Assembly: GCA_030141605.1 (NCBI GenBank)
Contig: JAQGDQ010002375.1
Coordinates: 455,254 to 519,253 of the forward strand
Direction: 5' to 3'
DNA length: 64,000 nucleotides
From: Tubiluchus corallicola
Lineage: Eukaryota > Animalia > Priapulida
Each line of letters starts with the position of its first letter. The first letter of the stretch is position 1. The notes beneath the pieces were generated by a model. The model did no database searches. It had not been told where the DNA came from and worked only from the letters and a program-made list of their open reading frames with translations. The translations under genes and the position numbers were made by a program. This document shows, one piece after another, positions 58,708-64,000 of the stretch.

Positions 58708-61700
58708 TCAGGTAACGTAGTCAGCAAGATATTTTGGGGGGCGACGACTGCGTTTTGGATGAGAATAATCGGTGGCTGGAGGGATAGATTGCTCGGTTGA
58801 AGTGTCGCAAGTCGGGAACAACTGCTGAGGGACAGCAGATGCCTTGTCTGTATAGCTGTCAGATGGGGGTGAAGAAAGAGTGATGGGTATCAATGGCTGA
58901 TGGGGAATTGGAAAGGCAGACACGGCCTCGGAGTCATCGTCATCATCGCAGAAACTATGTTTTAACAGAGGCGGAGGATACTTGTCATGGTCTGTGTGGG
59001 TCGGAACTAAATAACATTCAGAGTGCTTTACTTTATAAGATGAGGCACGCAATTGCGAACCAGTAAATTTTTTTAGAAAGAGCCATTCTCCATCAATACC
59101 AGTGACAAGATACCTGCTGCGTGCCTGGGATTTATCGCGATCTGAGTAAAGGTAGACCAAGTCTCCTATATTGATAACAGGGTGATTAGGATTTCGTCTA
59201 CTGGGACATTCAGAGGATTCGCTGTGTGAGTGATTGGCCTGGCGCTGCATGTGTTGGGATATGATAGTATCTCTGTCAGAAATGGGTAGCTGATCATGAG
59301 AGAACTGGTCGCGCTGTGTCCATAACTCCCGGGAGGACAAACCGCCATGGCGGATGCGAGAATTTAGGCGAGCGAGAGCCATAGACAAACCTAAACGGGA
59401 TACGGGTCCACCTCCAGGTTCGTGGCGCAAAAGTTCTTCTTCCAATTCCTGGATCGCACGCTCTGCAACTGGGTTCTTATTTGGATTTTTGATACGTCCA
59501 ATTTCCAGAGAAAGACCAAGTTGCAGAAGAGTGCTGTCATTGGAAAGAGCACGAAAGCCAGGAGCAGGATCCACTCTGACTACTGCAGGAGGGCCATCTG
59601 GAGGGTGAAGATCTAAGCAAAGGCAAGCAAGAGCTTCACGAAAGGTGTCGCTTGTTTCATCTGGCACGATGCATGCATTCGTATAAGAAGTGGATGTTTC
59701 TCGCACTACTAGGATAAGTTGGCGATGACGTTTAAGAATGTCCGCAGCAAAGGACAGACCAACAGCATTGGGAGGAGAATCAGATGACTGGCTAATAAGA
59801 CTTTGGGGAAACTTTTTCAGAGACGAGCACATGTGGCATGAGTCAGTAACTCGATCAATGGACTTTGACATGTCTAAAGCAAAGAAGTGGCGCCTGGCAA
59901 CGAGCTGAAGCTGATGCTTTGTAGGGTGACTAAGCTTTATGTGAAGAGCTGTGAGAAGGCCTTCCAGAACAGAACGTGGAACCACGATGAGCTCCATGGA
60001 AGGGTGCAATGGCTCATGACGACGCACAACCAATACGCCATCCTTAGCAATTGTAGCGGCATTGAGGTACCTTTTAACATCTTTGATGTTAGTGCATTTC
60101 TTTGACGGACGCGTTCCTTGCCGAAGGTGGGCATGAGTGCGACGCAAATCTGGACAGCCAGACTGGATGTCCCTCCATGCTGATCTGGTGGTAAAGGGCA
60201 ATGGAGCAGTACAATTGATGATGTCCTGCACTGAGGCGGAACGGACAACAGAATCTTCGGTCTGTATGATAAATGAGCAGATCTGACAATGTGGTTCGTT
60301 GCACTCAGGTGCATTTCTGCTTGCAAAATCCGAAGGAATATTGGCATTTCCTGAGAGGTGCCGGACAGTTACCTGGTAGCGGCTTACGGTGGATAAAAAT
60401 GACGTGACACGAGGACTGGCGGAAAATTCGCCTCTACAAAGCTTTTCTATAGCTTGAACACATGGTTTGCTGTCCGTTAGTACGCAGGGGTGAGAAGTCG
60501 ACTGTATAATAAAAGGACTAAAATGTTTGACAGCAGCAGCAATGCACAAGGCTTCTACCTCACAAGGTAACCATGTAACCTGGTGTTTGCGTAACTTGGC
60601 ACTGAAGAATCCGGCAAGAAATAATTTGGAATTGCGGGTAACATACAAAGTAGCACCAATTCCCCTTTTAGTGACAGATCCATCAGTTACTATCCACAGC
60701 TGATCTGAAGGTACTGGTAAAATAATGGATTTGTGCATAGATAGAGCCTTTTGGGCAGCGGCAAAATGGTGGTGTAATTCATCGGTCCACTGCAGCTTGT
60801 CACGTGACTGCAGTCCAGCGATGGCATCCTCTAGAGGGGCTAACACAAGGGAACAGCCAGGTAAGACACGTCCAAGTACTTTATATGCACCAATAAATGA
60901 TCGAAGACCATGGACTGTATCTGGTGCAGGGCATGTTGATAAGGTGGCTATGCGGTGAGGGCTAGCGGCAATGTTGCCTTGTGTCCAGATCCATCCTAGT
61001 ATGGTGGTTGACTTTGGACAGATGATAGTCTTTGTGGGAGATAAGTGGATGTTAGACTTGTGAAGAGCGTCAAGAACCCGATGCCAATTGTCCAAGAGTT
61101 CTTCAGGGGTCTCACCTCCACAATAGAGGTCATCTGCTAATTTAGAAACAAAGCCATCTTGGAGAGAGTCACCGAGGATCCGACACATTAATTCTTCTAG
61201 TGCCGTTTCAGAACCAGGCATGCCCATGGCACATCTGGTGTACACTCTGATGCCACGGAATGGAGTAGCTACCCCACAATATTTCATAGAAGAATGTTCT
61301 AATGGAATCTGATAGAAAGCATCAGTTAGGTCAGATACAATGATGTAACGCCAACGGGCGATAGTTTGTAGGATAGTGTTGGCATCAGGCATTAAAGATG
61401 GCTGGGGCTTGCTATATCTGCCAACATCTGAAAAGGCTGTTACAAGACGATGACCACCTCTGCGCTTTTTGACTGAGAATGAGGGGTTTAGGTATTCGAC
61501 AGTAACATTAACATCTTCAGGGCGACGGACTACACCCTGTGCTTCAAGCTCATCAAACTTTGCTTGCAGCTCTATGAGTTTATCTCGTGAGTATTGAGGT
61601 ACTCTGCCCTTGCGCTGTGGGGGCTGTACGGGACCCATATTGACTTTGGATGCGAACTTGCCAGCAGCACCATTGTATCCACTGATATTGGGGCTAAAAA

Positions 61701-63591
61701 TGCCATCATAGTCTTGTAGTAGCTTCTTGAAGTTGGCACGAGATTGCGGGCTTAGGATGTTATCTGGGTCAACAGTGACGGCATCTGAGTAACAAACTGG
61801 TGGGTTCTGCTTGGCGTTATGCATTTGAGCCTGGGGTAGGTTTTGGGAATCCTGGCTATTAGTAGTAAGTTTGGAACTAGTTACCGAATAGGTCTTGCAA
61901 ATGTGTGCGTGTTTGGGTATTGTAAGTGGATCAGAAGAAATATTTGGTATGCGGATTTTTCCTGCTACAGCTTCAATTATGTCAGGTTGAGGCCATAGTG
62001 AGGTGGTTTTGGCATAGTCGGTATGAGGCTCTACGGCTAAAGGGCTGTCAGGGTCCACAGAAGAGGGGACTGATAACTCTAAGTACTCGCCAGGCCAGAT
62101 CATAGTAGGAGTTGAGGGTGCACGCAGAACATGGGCATAGCAAATACTACTTTTGGAGGTGTTGACAGGGGGAATATCATATTTAGCAGTGTCTGAGCCT
62201 TTTATGCAAACTTTTTTCCGAGCGGGACGAACTGAGATATCGTTAGCTATGAGGAAAGGAGTTCCAGCCAAGATATCAACATCCAAATTACGCACTACTA
62301 GGGCTTCTAAACAGAGATTGTGAGCATTTCGAGTAACAGTTATGCGTGTTTCACCTATGATGTCCAATGGTGTAACCCCATCAGCTTGCAAAGCGGACTG
62401 TGTAGTTTGCTGAATAGGAACACCAATTAGATGGGCAATAGCTTCTTTGATCATGCTGGTTTCAGCACCCGTGTCTAGGGTTATGTAGATTGGATGATGT
62501 TTGTAGAAAACTTTCAAATGAGGAGATTGTTTTGTGCTGACTCGATGTGCGGTAGACACACAACGGAGATTATGGGAAGCACACTCATCATCGTCACCGG
62601 CGTCAGGCTCTGTTGTGTCAATGTTATGACAACTATCTGCACTGTCTTGACTGTAGTCTTCCTCAAAGCTGATGGTCTGACGGGCTCTGGCGAAATATTC
62701 CTTATCTTCCTCTGGTAGGTACTGGCACGTACTGAGAAAATGTTGAAATTTAGCACGACCCGCTTGTTTGCATAACGGGCAAATTTTTGTTGAACGACGC
62801 GGTTGCTTTTTCCGAATCAACGGCTGTTTGCGTTTGGAATAATCTGGAAACTGTCGGAAGGCTGTGCGTAACACTTTAGCATCGGCTGATGCCTGAAGTT
62901 CCTCTAGCAAAGAATCTAGTGCCAATGAAATTTCTGGCTTCAGTGAGGCAAGTGTTTTTGATCTTAGCTCTGTACCGTACTTTTGCTTGACTAAGCTGGG
63001 TAGCCCAGGATGTAAAAGTCGAAGCCAAGTCAGAATGATTAGGTTCTCTAAGGTAGGTGTAATTTCCTCATCACTAATTGGATTCTCACCGTGATGCTGT
63101 ATACCACCTGCAGCGCGTAAGAGGTTATCCTCAATGAAACTATTTAAACGCTGGAAAAGATCTTCTGGACGTTCGTCTGGCTGCATATGAATATTATTAA
63201 AATCCAAAAAATGACCACCTGTTGTTTGGAATCCGAAATGCTGTCTAATTGTTTGCCATATACGAGTCAATGATGTTGAGTTTTTGACAATGGAATTTCT
63301 CGAAATAATCGGACAATAGTTGGCAATCTGTCCCAGCATTAAGTCCAGATGAGTGGTCTTTTGTGCGGCTGTTTGGCGGTTTGCAATGGGAACGTTTTCA
63401 TCATCATCTTGCAGACCTCGTAAAGGTGCTGCATTTGTTTTCTTATGCCAGGTCGCACCTTCAACTAAAAATTCTGCAAAATTCTGATCTAGCGATAGAG
63501 TGTATTGCAAATTTTGGCGCCATGCTTCAAATGATGTAATTGTCTCTTGTTTTGTCAGACACCACTGTTTTGGAGCACGAGTAGTGGCCAT
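58708..63591 (-). CDS. Gag-Pol polyprotein, 1627 aa (Gag, zinc knuckle, aspartic protease, RT, RNase H, integrase)
   Basis: Uninterrupted ORF. Motifs in order: CPLC...H....C knuckle; LDTGA protease; DLTDAFYQIPL and KLADDL in RT; VTDGS / CEVEA / LTDSKP / SDFASR in RNase H; H-x4-H...CxxC plus AADIL / RVDPAPGF / NPVAERAI in the integrase; IGDLVYL and RSRRPPKYLADYV at the C-terminus. Confidence 0.96.
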   Translation of the reverse strand: MATTRAPKQWCLTKQETITSFEAWRQNLQYTLSLDQNFAEFLVEGATWHKKTNAAPLRGLQDDDENVPIANRQTAAQKTTHLDLMLGQIANYCPIISRNSIVKNSTSLTRIWQTIRQHFGFQTTGGHFLDFNNIHMQPDERPEDLFQRLNSFIEDNLLRAAGGIQHHGENPISDEEITPTLENLIILTWLRLLHPGLPSLVKQKYGTELRSKTLASLKPEISLALDSLLEELQASADAKVLRTAFRQFPDYSKRKQPLIRKKQPRRSTKICPLCKQAGRAKFQHFLSTCQYLPEEDKEYFARARQTISFEEDYSQDSADSCHNIDTTEPDAGDDDECASHNLRCVSTAHRVSTKQSPHLKVFYKHHPIYITLDTGAETSMIKEAIAHLIGVPIQQTTQSALQADGVTPLDIIGETRITVTRNAHNLCLEALVVRNLDVDILAGTPFLIANDISVRPARKKVCIKGSDTAKYDIPPVNTSKSSICYAHVLRAPSTPTMIWPGEYLELSVPSSVDPDSPLAVEPHTDYAKTTSLWPQPDIIEAVAGKIRIPNISSDPLTIPKHAHICKTYSVTSSKLTTNSQDSQNLPQAQMHNAKQNPPVCYSDAVTVDPDNILSPQSRANFKKLLQDYDGIFSPNISGYNGAAGKFASKVNMGPVQPPQRKGRVPQYSRDKLIELQAKFDELEAQGVVRRPEDVNVTVEYLNPSFSVKKRRGGHRLVTAFSDVGRYSKPQPSLMPDANTILQTIARWRYIIVSDLTDAFYQIPLEHSSMKYCGVATPFRGIRVYTRCAMGMPGSETALEELMCRILGDSLQDGFVSKLADDLYCGGETPEELLDNWHRVLDALHKSNIHLSPTKTIICPKSTTILGWIWTQGNIAASPHRIATLSTCPAPDTVHGLRSFIGAYKVLGRVLPGCSLVLAPLEDAIAGLQSRDKLQWTDELHHHFAAAQKALSMHKSIILPVPSDQLWIVTDGSVTKRGIGATLYVTRNSKLFLAGFFSAKLRKHQVTWLPCEVEALCIAAAVKHFSPFIIQSTSHPCVLTDSKPCVQAIEKLCRGEFSASPRVTSFLSTVSRYQVTVRHLSGNANIPSDFASRNAPECNEPHCQICSFIIQTEDSVVRSASVQDIINCTAPLPFTTRSAWRDIQSGCPDLRRTHAHLRQGTRPSKKCTNIKDVKRYLNAATIAKDGVLVVRRHEPLHPSMELIVVPRSVLEGLLTALHIKLSHPTKHQLQLVARRHFFALDMSKSIDRVTDSCHMCSSLKKFPQSLISQSSDSPPNAVGLSFAADILKRHRQLILVVRETSTSYTNACIVPDETSDTFREALACLCLDLHPPDGPPAVVRVDPAPGFRALSNDSTLLQLGLSLEIGRIKNPNKNPVAERAIQELEEELLRHEPGGGPVSRLGLSMALARLNSRIRHGGLSSRELWTQRDQFSHDQLPISDRDTIISQHMQRQANHSHSESSECPSRRNPNHPVINIGDLVYLYSDRDKSQARSRYLVTGIDGEWLFLKKFTGSQLRASSYKVKHSECYLVPTHTDHDKYPPPLLKHSFCDDDDDSEAVSAFPIPHQPLIPITLSSPPSDSYTDKASAVPQQLFPTCDTSTEQSIPPATDYSHPKRSRRPPKYLADYVT

Positions 63592-63781
63592 ATTCTAACA
63601 CAAATTGAGGGTGTTTATCAATACTAGTTCTTTCGAAAATTGCGCTGATAAATTTGAATTCTTACGTCTTTACAGCTATGGAATAAGCTGACTGGTTTTG
63701 GTTAGATTTAGACAGATGCATGTACACTCTCGACAAACCAATTATAAGGTCCACTGGCTTTTCTGAGTACGTAGTTCGTAG

Positions 63782-63799
63782 TCACACCGGCAGCCACCA
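63782..63799 (-). other. Primer-binding site, imperfectly complementary to a tRNA-Leu 3' end
   Basis: Minus strand TGGTGGCTGCCGGTGTGA directly after the 5' LTR. The remembered tRNA-Leu complement is TGGTGGCAGCGGTGGGA (first 7 nt exact, about 15/18 with one gap). Confidence 0.6.
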
Positions 63800-64000
63800 C
63801 GCCATTAATTAAAGAATGTTCCAGCTTTGTCTCAAACACCAAGACGACAAGAATAAATTTAACAACTTTATTGTAACTCGCAAAGCAACGAGGTTATGAC
63901 TAGAAAGATGAGCGCAACCCGAAAAACAAAGAAGCTGAAAACAAAAGAGCAACTTTGCAAAAGGGGTAAAGTTGATAAAACTAACAACACGCATGTATAC
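63800..64000 (-). repeat. 5' LTR (last 5 bp outside the window)
   Basis: Base-for-base identical to 58041-58241 (offset 5759). Confidence 0.93.

Larger units (their letters stand above)
58041..64000 (-). mobile_element. Full-length LTR retrotransposon (Gypsy-like domain order, CG...CG termini, Troyka-like), antisense in an INTS2 intron; 5' LTR cut by the window edge
   Basis: LTRs at 58041-58246 and 63800 to beyond 64000, identical over 201 bp. A PBS-like sequence and a PPT lie in the expected positions, and there is a single intact polyprotein ORF. The predicted true end is window position 64005. Confidence 0.96.

Noticed and set aside
59166-62756. Short overlapping or antisense ORFs within the retrotransposon (possible env or accessory genes)
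   Set aside because: They are 60-136 aa alternative-frame ORFs with no recognisable motifs in relatively GC-rich coding DNA. The 3' UTR (58270-58707) has no env-sized ORF.

Overview
AT-rich, intron-dense animal (probably invertebrate) genomic DNA, so most short ORFs in the six-frame track are exon fragments or noise. Four host genes can be assembled by hand from splice sites and reading frame. They are the 3' part of a 12-finger C2H2 zinc-finger gene (+, 1-1362), a complete 24-coding-exon ULK4 pseudokinase (-, 3079-25157, about 1313 aa), a complete 17-coding-exon SCYL2 pseudokinase (+, 31665-42423, about 1004 aa) head-to-head with ULK4, and the first 15 coding exons of INTS2 (+, 44246-57209, continuing beyond the window). 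The most striking element is an apparently intact, very young LTR retrotransposon inserted antisense in an INTS2 intron (58041 to beyond 64000). It has one 1627-aa Gag-PR-RT-RNaseH-IN ORF, LTRs identical over the 201 bp that can be compared, non-canonical 5'-CG...CG-3' LTR ends and an LADD RT active-site motif, which fits my recollection of the Troyka group. Introns also hold an internally deleted hAT transposon with a perfect 8-bp TSD, several hAT, Tc1/pogo and Kolobok-type MITEs, SINE and LINE relics, a 72-bp tandem amplification of an INTS2 splice donor, a GC-AG intron and a possible dead exon in ULK4. Gene and family assignments come from remembered motifs and proteins, not from database searches.
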